DNA from: Octopus bimaculoides
Lineage: Eukaryota
DNA: 52,936 nucleotides
Assembly (NCBI RefSeq): GCF_001194135.2
Contig: NC_068982.1
Location: 150,909,894 to 150,962,829 of the forward strand
Direction of reading: 5' to 3'
Below are positions 1-13,044 of this stretch, one piece after another. Both the position numbers and the translations under genes were made by a program. Below the pieces are notes generated by a model. That model was not told the DNA's origin and did not search any database. It saw only the letters and a program-made list of their open reading frames with translations. Each line of letters starts with the position of its first letter. Positions within the stretch are counted from its first letter, which is position 1.

Positions 1-341
1 ATGGCTCGCACAGCTCTCACTAGCCATTCGACTATCCCAAGTTTCCTCATTGACCACCAGATAAGGGATCGGGGGACCCTGTCAAAGGCTTTCTCCATGT
101 CAACGAAAGCCAGGTACAGAGGTTTATCCTTGGCTAGGTATTTCTCTTGCAACTGTCTCACTAGAAATAAGGCATCAGTAGTGCTTTTACCTGGCACGAA
201 CCCAAACTGCATCTCATCTAAATTGATTCGCTCCCTAATTAGTTGGGCTATGACCCTCTCTGTAACTTTCATAACCTGATCTAACAGCTTGATGCCTCTG
301 TAATTATTTGTATCTAAAGCGTCCCCTTTACCTTTGTAGCA
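1..341 (-). mobile_element. RTE-clade LINE reverse transcriptase fragment
   Basis: Minus frame CYKGKGDALDTNNYRGIKLLDQVMKVTERV...QFGFVPGKSTTDALFLVRQLQEKYLAKDKPLYLAFVDMEKAFDRVP. Confidence 0.93.
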
Positions 342-559
342 ATATATATATAGTTTGTTGATATTCATAGAAGAGACACCAGGAGGAAGTATAGTTTCCT
401 CCAACAATAAAAGAAGAGTGTAGGAGCACTATTTCCCTTTGGCGGAACTGTTATCCATCTATGTGTGATTTGGTTAGTGTAGCCAACCGCTTTACCTCAT
501 GCATAGATACACACTGCTGCTTATTGCAAAGTCACAGGAAAATTTTAACCAGTCCCAGC

Positions 560-760
560 CAAGCCTCCAAGAAAGTCAGATGTAATTTGTCATGTTGCTG
601 TCAGAGCTCAACTCCATGTGGACTATATCGAAGGTGGGTCAAAGATTAATGAATCAGTTTAGGGAACGTCTAGATATCTGATGAAACAATTGTGAATCAC
701 TTGTAGATTACCACTTGAACTCACATGACCATGGTTCTCAGTACCTCTTCATTGGTGATT
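560..760 (+). mobile_element. Possible decayed GIY-YIG (Penelope-type) endonuclease remnant
   Basis: Frameshifted pieces SDVIC / CGLY / QFRERL / HLNSHDH resemble the NVIYCI-C-LYIGET-RFREH-HFN motifs. Confidence 0.35.
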
Positions 761-1152
761 ATTCTTTGTATCATAGGCCCACAATATACTGGTTGCAATG
801 CAAACAACAACTAAACTTCTACCTTGATTCTACACTTCACATGACTGGAACAATTGATTTACTTTCCTCTACCGACATACATTTATATATACACCCACAC
901 ACCCCATGTTTACAAAGTATTACCAAACCAACACGTACACTCACACAAACACAGAACATCATACATACAAATGCACAGATTTCACACACTCATACATAGA
1001 CCACACCTACACTTCACATACATGCACAATTACTTTTCCTGCACTGCTTTCTTACCCAACAATACCACCATCCTCTTCTTCCATCACTTCTACCTATCAA
1101 CCATGACATTACTTAAAACATACATTTCTCCTTGCTTTCAAACAACAACAAC

Positions 1153-1228
1153 AACAACAAATACAACAACGCCACTGTCCCTGCCACCACAACAACAAAT
1201 ACAACAACGCCACTGTCCCTGCCACCAC
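1153..1228 (+). repeat. Two exact 38-bp tandem copies inside a (CAA)n tract
   Basis: aacaacaaatacaacaacgccactgtccctgccaccac at 1153-1190 and 1191-1228. Confidence 0.9.
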
Positions 1229-1498
1229 AACAACAACAAATACTAAAATTGTTTTCTCTTTTCCTTTTTCTGTTGAAGGACTACTGCCTGAAATGTTGAA
1301 CACACATTATCTTTACACTACAAAACTTTATATTCGTCCACATATACTGTGTACTCTTGTTTACTGTTTTCATTTTGTTTTTATCTTTACCATTTCTTCT
1401 TCATTTCTGTTCTGTTTCTGATACTTTTACAGGGGATTATCTACCACACTGATGCAGACTGCAATCAAGATTATCAGATTACTCTTAATTCAACTTAC

Positions 1499-1655
1499 CC
1501 TGGATCCATTAATATATTTCCCAATATCAAATATTGCAAACTGTCTCTCTGTCTATATATATTTGTTTCCAATAATATATCTCCAACATCAACAAATGTA
1601 CCACTGCTTCTCTCTTGTTCTCTTGATGAACAATCTATTATGTTAATAGACTGTT
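1499..1655 (-). CDS. Tentative downstream exon running out of the 1656-2257 gap
   Basis: Strong donor CCAGG|gtaagt at 1499; one minus frame is open from the gap (QSINIIDCSSREQERSSGTF...LMDP); acceptor not visible or uncertain. Confidence 0.3.
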
Positions 1656-2257
1656 NNNNNNNNNNNNNNNNNNNNNNNNNNNNNNNNNNNNNNNNNNNNN
1701 NNNNNNNNNNNNNNNNNNNNNNNNNNNNNNNNNNNNNNNNNNNNNNNNNNNNNNNNNNNNNNNNNNNNNNNNNNNNNNNNNNNNNNNNNNNNNNNNNNNN
1801 NNNNNNNNNNNNNNNNNNNNNNNNNNNNNNNNNNNNNNNNNNNNNNNNNNNNNNNNNNNNNNNNNNNNNNNNNNNNNNNNNNNNNNNNNNNNNNNNNNNN
1901 NNNNNNNNNNNNNNNNNNNNNNNNNNNNNNNNNNNNNNNNNNNNNNNNNNNNNNNNNNNNNNNNNNNNNNNNNNNNNNNNNNNNNNNNNNNNNNNNNNNN
2001 NNNNNNNNNNNNNNNNNNNNNNNNNNNNNNNNNNNNNNNNNNNNNNNNNNNNNNNNNNNNNNNNNNNNNNNNNNNNNNNNNNNNNNNNNNNNNNNNNNNN
2101 NNNNNNNNNNNNNNNNNNNNNNNNNNNNNNNNNNNNNNNNNNNNNNNNNNNNNNNNNNNNNNNNNNNNNNNNNNNNNNNNNNNNNNNNNNNNNNNNNNNN
2201 NNNNNNNNNNNNNNNNNNNNNNNNNNNNNNNNNNNNNNNNNNNNNNNNNNNNNNNNN
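1656..2257. other. Assembly gap (others: 13064-13855, 20116-20175, 32481-32771, 34915-35424, 38615-38965, 40470-40493, 52170-52275, 52640-52649)
   Basis: Runs of N, mostly abutting (TA)n, (GA)n or (TG)n microsatellites. Confidence 1.
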
Positions 2258-2300
<43 letters not shown>

Positions 2301-2899
2301 ATATAGATACACATACATACATACATACAAAAGCCAAGGTCCATGCAGTGTCATGGGCCAAATAAATTTCCAACTTTATGCCTAATGTGAGCCCAGAGCC
2401 ATATTTTATCTCATCACCATTTCAGTATTATGCCTCTATTGTAATGTGAGATAATACTTTCAGTTTGAAAGAACTCTGTCCTTTATATACGTATTCCTAA
2501 TGCATTTCAAAACCGAGTTACCGATTTTGACGTATGGTGTATCAAAAGATTCAGTACTATTTCGGCTACAAATTAAACTTAATTTCCATTCACATATTTG
2601 CATTTCAAAAATTTAACGTTATAATCTTTTCCATATATCAACTATCATAAACATTTTATACAATGACGTCACATTTTCTATATATGTGTGTACCGTAAAA
2701 GATATCAGTCATCACGACACACACCTTCACTCTATCTCTCTTTTTCACTATCTTTTTCTCACACACACGTGCATGCATGCACGCACACATACACATCCAT
2801 TTCATATAGACGTGCATACATTTTTCCCTTTCTTTCTCTGTCCTTTTCGCCTTCTCTTTGTTCAATTTCTGCTCTCTTCAAATAAATTTTTACGGAATT

Positions 2900-3510
2900 A
2901 GTAGGAGAAACACAGAAAAGGCATAATCTCTCCGGAAACAAGTATAAAGCAAGGAGGATTGTAGAAAGCCAAAGGCAAGAGTCTGAAGAGAGATGAGATT
3001 TTCTCAAGATCAGCAAATGCAATTTGCAGCACTTAATGCTGGATCATTAAACCAATGTTTTAATGATTAGACAGAGGTCCAGTAGAAGCTGTTTTCAGAT
3101 ATGATCCATCCCATTCTTATAAAAATGATAACTCTGTCCAAATTGATGTGCTAAACACAAATTGTTGTTTCTCTAGGACTTTAAAATTGTCAAATGAAAC
3201 AAATGGTATGTGCTGCTAGGGCAGTCAGGTAACATTGCCAGCACTACCATCTCCTTCTCAACCTCATGCATTTTCTAGAAAGCACTTCCATCCAGTCAAA
3301 GGATTTTCTGAATAATATCAGACAATACAACTCTGCATTTCAAATGGCATCGTTTGATGCATCTAAGAAGATAGATAAACATGAATTTATGCTGATATCA
3401 AAGTTCAAGGGCAAGTCTATTAGCTCATTGGTTCCCTATTAACCACAAATGAACAACCACAATTCCTCCAAATTTACTTTATGAATGATGTAGGACAACA
3501 AATCCGAAGG
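2900..3510 (+). mobile_element. Helitron Rep/helicase N-terminal pseudogene fragment
   Basis: AVFRYDPSHSY..., ETNGMCC*GSQVTLP, DFLNNIRQYNSAFQMASF, KVQGQVY*LIGSLL...PQFLQIYF: Helitron Rep N-terminal motifs with stops and frameshifts. Confidence 0.85.
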
Positions 3511-3877
3511 ACGTGTTAAAATTTCAGATGATGGGTCATGCTAGACATAGCGCTGACCACTGCAAAAGAGAGTATATCCACTGACAACTTTTCAGTGGTT
3601 TCAAAAAATCACATAACCTCCCCACCTCCAACTTTCTGAAACTAGTCTCTGGATGCTGGCTTTGCTGGGTGGAGGTGCTTATCTTCACTTTGAAAACATA
3701 AGGACACAGGAAATGTGTCAAGTCCAACAGGAAACGGTGTTTCCTAGGGTTAAATAACAGTAGCATTCTTCCTTTTATGGGACTATCACATTAAGTTGAC
3801 AACATACTATCACTGTATTGTGCTGCTACTGCATAAATCTCTCTGAGAGATTTAGAAATATATTATTTCTATCTCCT

Positions 3878-4220
3878 ATGTCATTGATGTAAATAATGAA
3901 GAGGAGTGGGCCCAATACAGTACCTTGTGAGACACCACTACTGACTTTGGTTGAGCAGGATTGTATTCCCTCAAACACATGTTGGGTTCTGTTCATCAGG
4001 AAACACTTTATCCACTGCAGCAGCTTTCCACGGACTCCAACGTTGGAGAGTTTCTTCAGCAGGTTTTTGTGGTCCACTCTGTCAAATGCCTTGCTGAAAT
4101 CAAGGTATATGACATCAGTGTTGGAGCCCTCTCCCAACACTTTTAAGATGTCATCAAAATAGTGCAGAAGTTGCGACAGGCAGTTCCTGCCATCATGGAA
4201 ACCATGCTGGTTGGGGTTCA
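3878..4220 (-). mobile_element. CR1/L2-group LINE RT fragment
   Basis: NPNQHGFHDGRNCLSQLL...DVIYLDFSKAFDRVDH...SGVSQGTVLGPLLFIIYINDI. Confidence 0.92.
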
Positions 4221-4801
4221 GCAGATTGTAGTGAGGGGTAAGGGCACATGCCCTTTATCTGTCTGCTTCTAATATGACCATCATGGTTGTTTATGACCAT
4301 GTTCAATGACATCTTAATGGCATGAGTATGTGGGTGTATGTGTATGTATGTCTATATTTGTATTCGTATCAATACGTGTATGCTTATCTTTCTTCATTTT
4401 ATCTTTTAATTTGTATTGTTTGTCATTATTTTACTATCTATTTTTTATTACTTTACTCTGTCATGTATCCACTGTGAACTATAGCCAGATCCATTTACCA
4501 TTTATAACCTGGAAATTGTTTCCATCCTCCATCAGTATAGCCAACAACCTACTGGTGACCATGATATGCCAAGTGAAACCAAGTATATTTAGCAAAGTAT
4601 CTTATTTAAAACAAGACCACTGATGTGATGCATTCTGCACTGGTGGATGCAACACAACTACATGTACAATATCCCACCTGCAAGGGCCAGATGCAGGATG
4701 GATCAAAATGATCACTGTCTTGAATAAAGACTCTTGCTACCTCTATTTTCTGTTTCCCTTATTTATTACACACACACACACCTGTATGTATGTACTTATA
4801 C

Positions 4802-4850
<49 letters not shown>

Positions 4851-5053
4851 TTTGCACTTTGTGCTACACATAATAAAGCACCAGCTACAACTGGTGAACT
4901 TTGTTGTCATTTTCTATCAACAAATCATCTGTTAGCTCCACATTAGTGAGGAGTCTAACACAGGTCATGTGTGAGCATGTATATGTTAAATAAAATGAGA
5001 CAACAAAGCCAAGGCAGTGTGGAATTTCTAGGACGTTTATAAAGAGAAAGGTA

Positions 5054-5101
5054 GTCCTACAGCTGTTTCAGGGATATAAAGGATATCTCATCCTCAGAGA
5101 C
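5054..5101 (-). ncRNA. Type I hammerhead ribozyme (weakened) in the left arm of a palindrome
   Basis: Minus strand GTCT-CTGAGGA-tgagatatcctttatatccct-GAAA-CAGCTG-TA|GGAC; stem III palindrome ACAGCTGT; GUA triplet; stem II has a U.U closing pair and one mismatch. Confidence 0.65.
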
Positions 5102-5139
5102 GACATGAGAGAGTTAAATAGAAAGAACTCTCTCATATC

Positions 5140-5187
5140 GTCTCTGATGATGGGATATCTTTTATATCCCTGAAACAACTGTGAGAC
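5140..5187 (+). ncRNA. Type I hammerhead ribozyme (mutated cleavage site) in the right arm of the palindrome
   Basis: GTCT-CTGATGA-tgggatatcttttatatccct-GAAA-CAACTG-TG|AGAC; perfect 4-bp stem I and 7-bp stem II, but GUG triplet, so probably inactive. Confidence 0.6.
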
Positions 5188-5793
5188 TACCTTTGTCTTT
5201 ATAAACATCCTAGAAATTTCCTACTGCCTTGGCTTTGTTGTCTCATTTTATTTAATATATATATCCAAAAGTGAAGAAATGAAGTAGATAAAATACAGAC
5301 TACATATGATTCATAGTGAGTGGAACCTTGGAAGTAGTAAATATCCAATTGAGATGTATACCACAGGCTACTCTTTAGGCCAAGGATATCTGGATATATG
5401 AAGTTATCAAGGATATCTTGATTATATGCTTGCATAGGTCATCTTATCGTACTTCGATATGGTAAATATTTACAACCTTCTATGCCAATAAACCACTATT
5501 GTTCCTGAAAGTTGCTTTTTATATTTTCTACAGACTGCTTGAAGCTCACCTTCTTTCTACACCTCAATTCTTGGATCTTGCATTTATATATCTATATCTC
5601 TCTATATTTTTTTAGGAAATACTTTCCAAAGAATATATAGCAAACAAGAACATATTTAAAACATGTAAATTTACAAAAATATGAACAGAAAATAGTAGAA
5701 ATAAAAAGTAACAGACTATGAATATAGGGCCCAAGGAAACTAAATTGCATGTGCACACACATATGCATGTGCAGATACACAGTCACACTATTT

Positions 5794-5825
<32 letters not shown>

Positions 5826-6081
5826 GAAGGATAGAAAATAAGGAACACATCTTAATGTACAGCTGAAAATTTAGGTGTATATCAGAGAGAAAGAAAATCT
5901 AACGAACAAGACTAATGGAAATATTCTTCTGGTGTGCAACTTAAAAACATATAAAAGTTACCCGGAAATGAATAGTATGGCAGTGATCTCTTTGAAATGA
6001 AATAAGTACAGTGAAGAAAGTCTTCTTCAAAAATTAAGGTAAAACAGAATCAGGAAAGAAAAAAGGTTCCAGCATATTTAC

Positions 6082-6171
6082 TTCAATAGTTCTGTCTTTC
6101 GTGTTCAACAGCTCTTTGAAAGTGGAAATTTCTTTTGATAAACTATTTATCAAAGACTTCTGCTTGATGTT
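6082..6171 (-). CDS. CCDC171: CCDC171-like exon (phase 0->0)
   Basis: tttaatctctgtag|...GAA|gtaaat; NIKQKSLINSLSKEISTFKELLNTKDRTIE. Confidence 0.85.
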
Positions 6172-7899
6172 CTACAGAGATTAAAGATAAGGTAAATACA
6201 TTTAAGGAAAACATTTGATTTAGATACTGTAATCATTAATATTATTTGAGAGGTAGATGGCAAAGAAGTGGAGGCAATTTTATTTTTTGATAAACTCATT
6301 TATGCTCTGATTTTCAATCCTCCTGAGATTCACTTTACTTTCTAACCTTTCTGGGTCAATAAAATAAAAGTACCAATCAAATACTTGGGTCAGCTTAATC
6401 CTCAATATTTCTCTTGAGCCTATATTAGAAATCCATTTCATTAATATTTAGGGTTGTGCAGAGGAATGGATATAGTAGAGAAATGAACATGGTGTAAGTA
6501 GTATTTAGTTATATCCTTTTATAGCCCGAGTTCAAATTCCACCAGGATTGACTTTGCTTTTCAGTTTCCGGGGTGGGTAGGTGGGTGGGGGTTTGTGTCA
6601 TAAAATTGTACTAATCAAGTACAGGGGCTGTTAATATCAGTTATACTCTCCTCAAAATGTGTGGTTTTGTACCTTTGCTAGAAATAATTATTAGAGTGAT
6701 GTATATAACAATAATCTGACTGGATCAGCTATTGCTTGTAGACATTTTATTTCATTTTCATTAGTGATGCTGATAAAGAAAGTATGAGCATCGCTATAGA
6801 CCAAAGATTTCCTTATAAAAAAACTCATTATGAAACTTATCCTGATAATATAGTGAATGGTGTAGATCACTGAAAGGGCAAGATGGCAGATTGGATAGGG
6901 TTGGTGGGTGGTACAGATGGCTGAGATAGCTAAGTGAGAGATTGGATGGTGGGTAGACCAGATTGGATACTTTCTTGAAATACTTTACATGTAAGAACTT
7001 TTCAAATCCTATACAACTTCACATTTTATCTCACTGGGGTTAATAAAATAAATGTCAGTATTACACTGCAGTCAATGACAATGCAACAGTTTGGTGTGTT
7101 GTGTCTAGTTGAAAATTGTCTTCTACCAGGTCAAAAAACATTAAAATTAATAGGGAAGCAGGGAATAGGCTGATAGTTGGGTAGTTTTATAGTATCCAAA
7201 GTTTGATGCTTTGTTAATACTACTGGAAACAACTTAGCTTTTTACTTTGCTTGCTATAGTTAATGCCAAGAACTGCAGCCTTTATCAAAAGCAGTCTGTG
7301 TCTTGATGCAATAAACAGAAACAGATGCATTTTAATAGTTAAATACAAGTAATGTGTAATTACAGTGGAGCAAGTGGGGAATGATTTGTTGGGTGTATAA
7401 ATTTAACTTACTAGAAAAGCTGAAAACAAATGAGTTAAGGAAGTGGAGAAGAGGTAGATTACAACAGAGAATGAAGGAATGTTAATACTTGAGATGATAC
7501 AGGAATGAAGTATCTGGAAAGATAGTGAACCGACCAATGCCAGCATATCAAAGCTGAACATTGAAGAAGTGATGAAACACAGACATTAATTCTATTCATA
7601 ATCACAACTCATTGTTAAGTAAGTACTGTACTGAATTTAAAGACATCTTTATCTCTGTAGTCATAAAACTGTATTTCATTCTGAAGTAGTTCAACCATTA
7701 TCTATACTTTAAGACCAATATGCATTCCAGCATGTATCTATCTTTTTTGATGTTTCATCTATTTGGACAATCAGAGTCAACTTGCCTTTGATCCTTCTGG
7801 TCTGAGTGAACTGTCTATGAAATTATTTTATTGATTCAATTGATGATATATTCACAAATAAATCACTTATACCATTAGAGATGCAATTCACATAAAACA

Positions 7900-8790
7900 C
7901 AAAAGAGTAGAGATTAGTACTATAAAGTAAAGCACAATAAAAATATGTACTTTAGCAGTTGAGTTAAGTAATTTAGAGTAAAGATAAATATTTTCAAGAA
8001 GAGACAAGCCCTAAAAAACAGAGGTAATATAGAATAGTGGTAAACACTACTCAGTGGAGATAAGCCCTACTGAATAGAGGTAAGTAAAATACAAAGAAGA
8101 AATAAGCACTACAGAGAAGAAGCACGTATTTATTACAGTATAGAGGAATGTATTTGTTGTTGAGTTGGGGTAGGTATTAAAGAGTATAGGTGTGTATTTA
8201 TTGTAGACAAGGGTGCATACTATAGAGTAGAAGTATGACCTATTGAGTACTACAGGGTAGAAGAAAATACTGTAGAGTAGAAATAAGAGTAGCGGTAAGA
8301 CAAGTAATCAGTATAAATTAGAGATAAACCCTATAAATCTGAAGCGAGTACTTACTACACAGTTAGAATAAGTTTTACATAGTAAGTACTATAGAGTAGA
8401 TTTAAGTACTATAAAGTAGAAATACTACACAATAGAGGAAAAATGTTATAGGTCAGAGGTAAATACTATATGTGTAAATTAGACTAACAATTTTATAGAG
8501 TTAAGTGCTCTGTAGAAAAGTAGTAAGTAAAATAGCATAGAGGTAACCACTACAGTGTAGAAAAAATTTCATAGAAAATGTGGTTAAATAGAGTAATGGT
8601 AAATGTTCTGTAGAGAAAAGTGTTAAGTATTTATTATAGAGCAGTTAGCAATTACAATAGTATAGAGGTAAGTACAATAGAGAAGTAGGTGTTTATTATA
8701 CAGTGACTGTATTTGCTATAGAGTGGCGGTATTAGAGAGCAGAGATAAGTACTAAAGAGTGGGTGTAAGTATTATAGAATAGGAGTAATT
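7900..8790 (+). repeat. Degenerate ~20-bp minisatellite (consensus about AGAGTAGAGGTAAGTACTAT)
   Basis: For example 8381-8420 agtaagtactatagagtaga tttaagtactataaagtaga; the motif recurs for about 900 bp. Confidence 0.7.
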
Positions 8791-8834
8791 TCTTGTGAAC
8801 TTGTATTTTTCAGGGAATTTTACAAAATGCTCAC

Positions 8835-8956
8835 CTCTTCAGCAGCTTTATCAACCTTGTGTTTATATGTTGTCAAAATTTGACGTAATTGTTCTGTTGC
8901 TGATGAAGTTGTCAAGACACCAGATTTCAAGGATTTTCCAGGAAGAAGATCATGCT
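8835..8956 (-). CDS. CCDC171: CCDC171-like exon (phase 1->0)
   Basis: atattctgtag|...GAG|gtgagc; HDLLPGKSLKSGVLTTSSATEQLRQILTTYKHKVDKAAEE; compare recalled '[21 protein letters not shown]'. Confidence 0.9.
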
Positions 8957-10498
8957 CTACAGAATATAAACATTGCCATTACTTTGAGAAAGGAACATAC
9001 ATCACACGTTCCTCTACTACCCTTTTAGGTATCATGTTTAAATACCATATTGCTTTGCAAAGTGCATGAAAACAACAAGAAAATACTATGTGATACAATT
9101 CACTGCAATCATCACTGTTAATATCTTCTTATAGTTAGTTTAGTATAGTTTCCATACTGGTATAGTTTAGTTGCTGCCTACTACAAGCCACAACCATAAC
9201 ACTACTTGTCTCAGTGTTTTACTATCTTATCCACAAGATACAACTCCTGAAATTTACTTTACTATAGTCTTCAGAAATGCTAATTTATGGTAAGATAGAA
9301 ATTTATTACACATTTATAAAGGTATTACACATTTCTATTTAGAAGTTAGAAATGACCAGAAAATTACTTGTTTACCAATTACTGAACAGAAGCTATACAT
9401 ATAGCATCAGCAGACTACCTATAAATTTCAGTTAATTTTAAGGAGTAAAATTACTTAATTATTTATCATTGATAGGAAGGAACAAACAGTGGGGATGTAT
9501 TGTTGAAAGTCTCTTTAATCTTGTGAGAGACAAACTCTCTAGTGCCAATATGAAGATAAAATGAACTTAGTCCACACTGAAAAATGATAGGAAAGTTTTC
9601 TTAGCTGTAAAAACATGCCAAAAAAGGAAAGAAAAATGAGGGCAAGACAGGGCAGAAGGATTCTTTTGTTTTGCAAACAATTTAGTACCAGTTGTATCGT
9701 AGAATGTACCCAGTTCTCCTTGTAAAGTGCTTGGTGATAGCAAGCACATTCAGCTGTTAAAGTCATGCCTCTCTCCTAAAAAAAAAAAGACACACAATAG
9801 CAGAGATAACCAGTTTCTTTTGTTTTTGTGTATGCCAGATGATGAGGGATTGTAGACATGTGATGAGACACTGGGAGATCCATCCAACTCATGTTAGCAG
9901 GAAAAATGCTGATTGGGTGTAAAGGTAATAAGTTTATATCTGAGATATATCTTACTGATGTATCTTAAGAAATGTAAACATTAGCAGTGATTGGCCCATA
10001 ACTAATGGGCCAATCACTAGTGCACTGCAGTTTGGGATATAACTCAGCAATAAGTTCTATGACACTGACAGAGTTTCAATAATTCATTCATCATAGTTTT
10101 AATATCTACTTTTCCATGCTTGCATAGGTCAGAATTTTTTGAAATAGATATTCTACAACCAGATGCCCTTCCTGTTGCCAACCCTCACTTGTTTTCAAAT
10201 ATGATAATATTTCCCCTTGATCAGACATGTTTTCACAGAAAATTGGAACTGAAGAACACTAGTTGTATAACAGTGGCTCTCATTTACAGCTATCCAGAAA
10301 TGTCAAGACAAAGTGGTACAAACATGAGCATATGCATACATATACACATATGACAAGCTTCTTTCAGTTTCCATCAACAAACTCCACTCAAAAGGCTTTA
10401 GTTGAACTATAGAAGGTGTCACTTGGTGAGACTGAAGCTGAAAGTAAGAGGCTGGGAAGAAAACTTCTTAACCATACAGCCATGTCTGCATCTTTCTC

Positions 10499-10536
<38 letters not shown>

Positions 10537-12863
10537 ACATATCTATATAATATATATTAGCTGTGAAACTACAGGAATGACTCAAAGGTTAGAGTTTCAT
10601 GCCAAAGCACTTGCAAAAGTAGTGTGACAATTAAGAAATCTGGGCTGTGGAGAACTATGTTCAGGGAAAAGACCTCACTTACAAACCAAAGTTAAAATAT
10701 AAAAACTACCTTAAATCTTAATTGAAAAAAAAAGGTAGTATTCAAACGAAATGTTGGGAAAAAAGCAACTGATAGAGCATCAAAGAGAAAAAAATGTATT
10801 CAATGTGTTTAAGCATTTTGAAGAGAACCTGCTTGATATTCTAATTTCTATCTTATAAATCTAATTAGAGACAATCACAAATAATGATTTAAATTGAATA
10901 ATGTTTTAACACCAATAAGGATTGTTCAGATTGGTATTATGGCTTTCTGTTGCCATATTTTTTTTTCTTCTCAAAAATTTTTTTCTTTTTTCTCAAAGAA
11001 GTGATATTATACTTACTTGACTCATTCTCTAGGAAATAATTATTATGGCTTTTATTGAATTCAGAAGGAGAAAAATTAATGTCAGTTGAGGCAGAATTTG
11101 AACTTAAGAGACATGAAACATCAAATAACTACTATAAAGTAGCTTATCTAGTTTTTTGGTGTCGACAGCAACACAAACGTCACTGTCTAATCAATATATC
11201 AGACAGAAATATTAGTACAACAATTTTTTTTTTATTAGTGCAGATTACAAAACATTTGAAAACAGATATTTCCGTTTATGTTACTGCTGGAATTGGTTCA
11301 GTGGATTCTAATCTCTAGTGAGGAGAAAAGTGGCATAGAATCTAAAGATCATTTGAAATCAAAAGAAAGAGGGGTAGGAACAGTTATAAGATATTATAAA
11401 AGAGAAAAAAAATTAGTGCATCTGAATCTGCTGAAGTGAGAGAAGAGTGATTATATTTTAGTGTTGGCAAAGTATATAACTTCGATTTTCAGCAAAAATA
11501 TTTGACATCAAACCTTTGCCAATAGTTTGTCTGGTTCTCATGTTCACTTTGATCTAGATATTTGTACAAAACACTCCCAAACTAAGTCAAAGCTAAACTT
11601 TCTTTGAAATTTGAAAGATTATATTTTGTATTACCAACCTTATTTTCTAAGGTGGCTTCATGATAAATACAGGACTAAAGATTAATAATGATGTGATCAG
11701 TAGTTGCAGCTTTCAGTTTGGATCTTATAATGGCTCATCCAGATAGCAGTGATAAACTGAATAATACTTGTTGTTACTGTTGTTAAGTGGCCTGTGTTAG
11801 ATTTTCTCAATCAGACTGATTAAATACTAAAAATACTTTCATATTTATGAAAGACAAAAGACAAATTAAGATACCTTAAAAAGATAGGGTGATAATAAGC
11901 TTGCTCAGTCAAGGTTGGCAACGGTCTAAACACAACAAAGGAAAATTTCTACCAACATTAAAAAAATTCAATAGTTAAGTTACATGAGGAAGGGCACTGA
12001 CCATGAGGAAGGGCTCAAAAAACTATGCCCCTTAGATCATCCTCATACAGAAGATTTAAAGAATGGACATTGTTAAAAGTACACAAAGGTCAGATGGTAG
12101 TGTTCAACCAAGTGAACAATTAAGTCTACCATCCAAGGTAGATATAGTCCATTTGATGAACTTCCACACTGCTTCTTCATGTTTACAAGATAGCCTTGTA
12201 AACATAGCCTAGTTTATAAGATAGCCTTGTATCATCCAAAGGCTATCATAGGAGACATTTGTCAAAGTACTGATCAGTGAGATTGAACCTAAAACCATGG
12301 ATTTGTGAAAGAAACTAATTATTAACACAACCATACTTATAACCAAATTTGTCTTTCATTGACCTTTGGTAAGGTCATACACTTGACTGTATTTGACATG
12401 CAGACTATATAGTTGATAGACTGGAGTATTGCAAAGTGCTGTACTTGTAATAATTAATTAAATTGATTTGGACATTCTTGACCCAAATATCTCAATTAAT
12501 TTAAGCTAGTTACAATTACTTCAGCTCCACAGGGTGAAGTAGTAATAGTAGTAGTGATAATAATGTTATCGCTAGTCTTAATAGAAGTATTATGATGATG
12601 CTGATTGATGAAAGAAAGGATGATGATAGGGATGAAAATGATAATAAAGAAAACATAAGGAGTTAGAAATTTGCAGCTTGTGTGGGGAGGGAGAGAGAGA
12701 GATTGAAATATTGACAGAATAATAAATACAGTCTGAAAGGTAATTTTCCTGTAACTTTATATAATGATGTTACAAACAATATCTTACAGCTCAGTCTGAA
12801 GCTCTTCTGCCACTGCAATAAAATTCAGTGATTAATATCATAAAATCTTTACATTATACTTAC

Positions 12864-12993
12864 TCCCAGGTTTAGACACTGTATTCTTTGCGAGTTTAGA
12901 TTTGTCTTCAATCAGAAAGTTGTGTAGAAGGATGCCTAACTCACGCATACATCCAGTGTGTTTTTCTTCCAAGTATATTTGGCGTTTCTTGGC
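12864..12993 (-). CDS. CCDC171: CCDC171-like exon (phase 0->1)
   Basis: atatttcag|...GGGA|gtaagt; AKKRQIYLEEKHTGCMRELGILLHNFLIEDKSKLAKNTVSKPG(K); compare recalled '[26 protein letters not shown]'. Confidence 0.9.
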
Positions 12994-13013
12994 CTGAAAT
13001 ATATATATATCTA

Positions 13014-13044
<31 letters not shown>

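Larger units (their letters stand above)
4981..5260. mobile_element. Palindromic (foldback) non-autonomous element, 135-bp arms, 10-nt loop
   Basis: 4981-5115 versus the reverse complement of 5126-5260: about 13 mismatches; carries a hammerhead core in each arm. Confidence 0.9.

Noticed and set aside
1349-2365. Long ORFs in the track that span N runs (also near 13 kb, 32.4 kb, 35 kb, 38.6 kb and 52.1 kb)
   Set aside because: They are open only because N codons contain no stops.
5548-5589. Possible exon IYKCKIQELRCRKK with donor AAG|gtgagc
   Set aside because: No polypyrimidine tract next to the AG, and an in-frame stop follows the better upstream acceptor.
8795-9028. Plus-strand 77-aa ORF with an apparent acceptor
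   Set aside because: It is the antisense shadow of the minus-strand exon 8835-8956.
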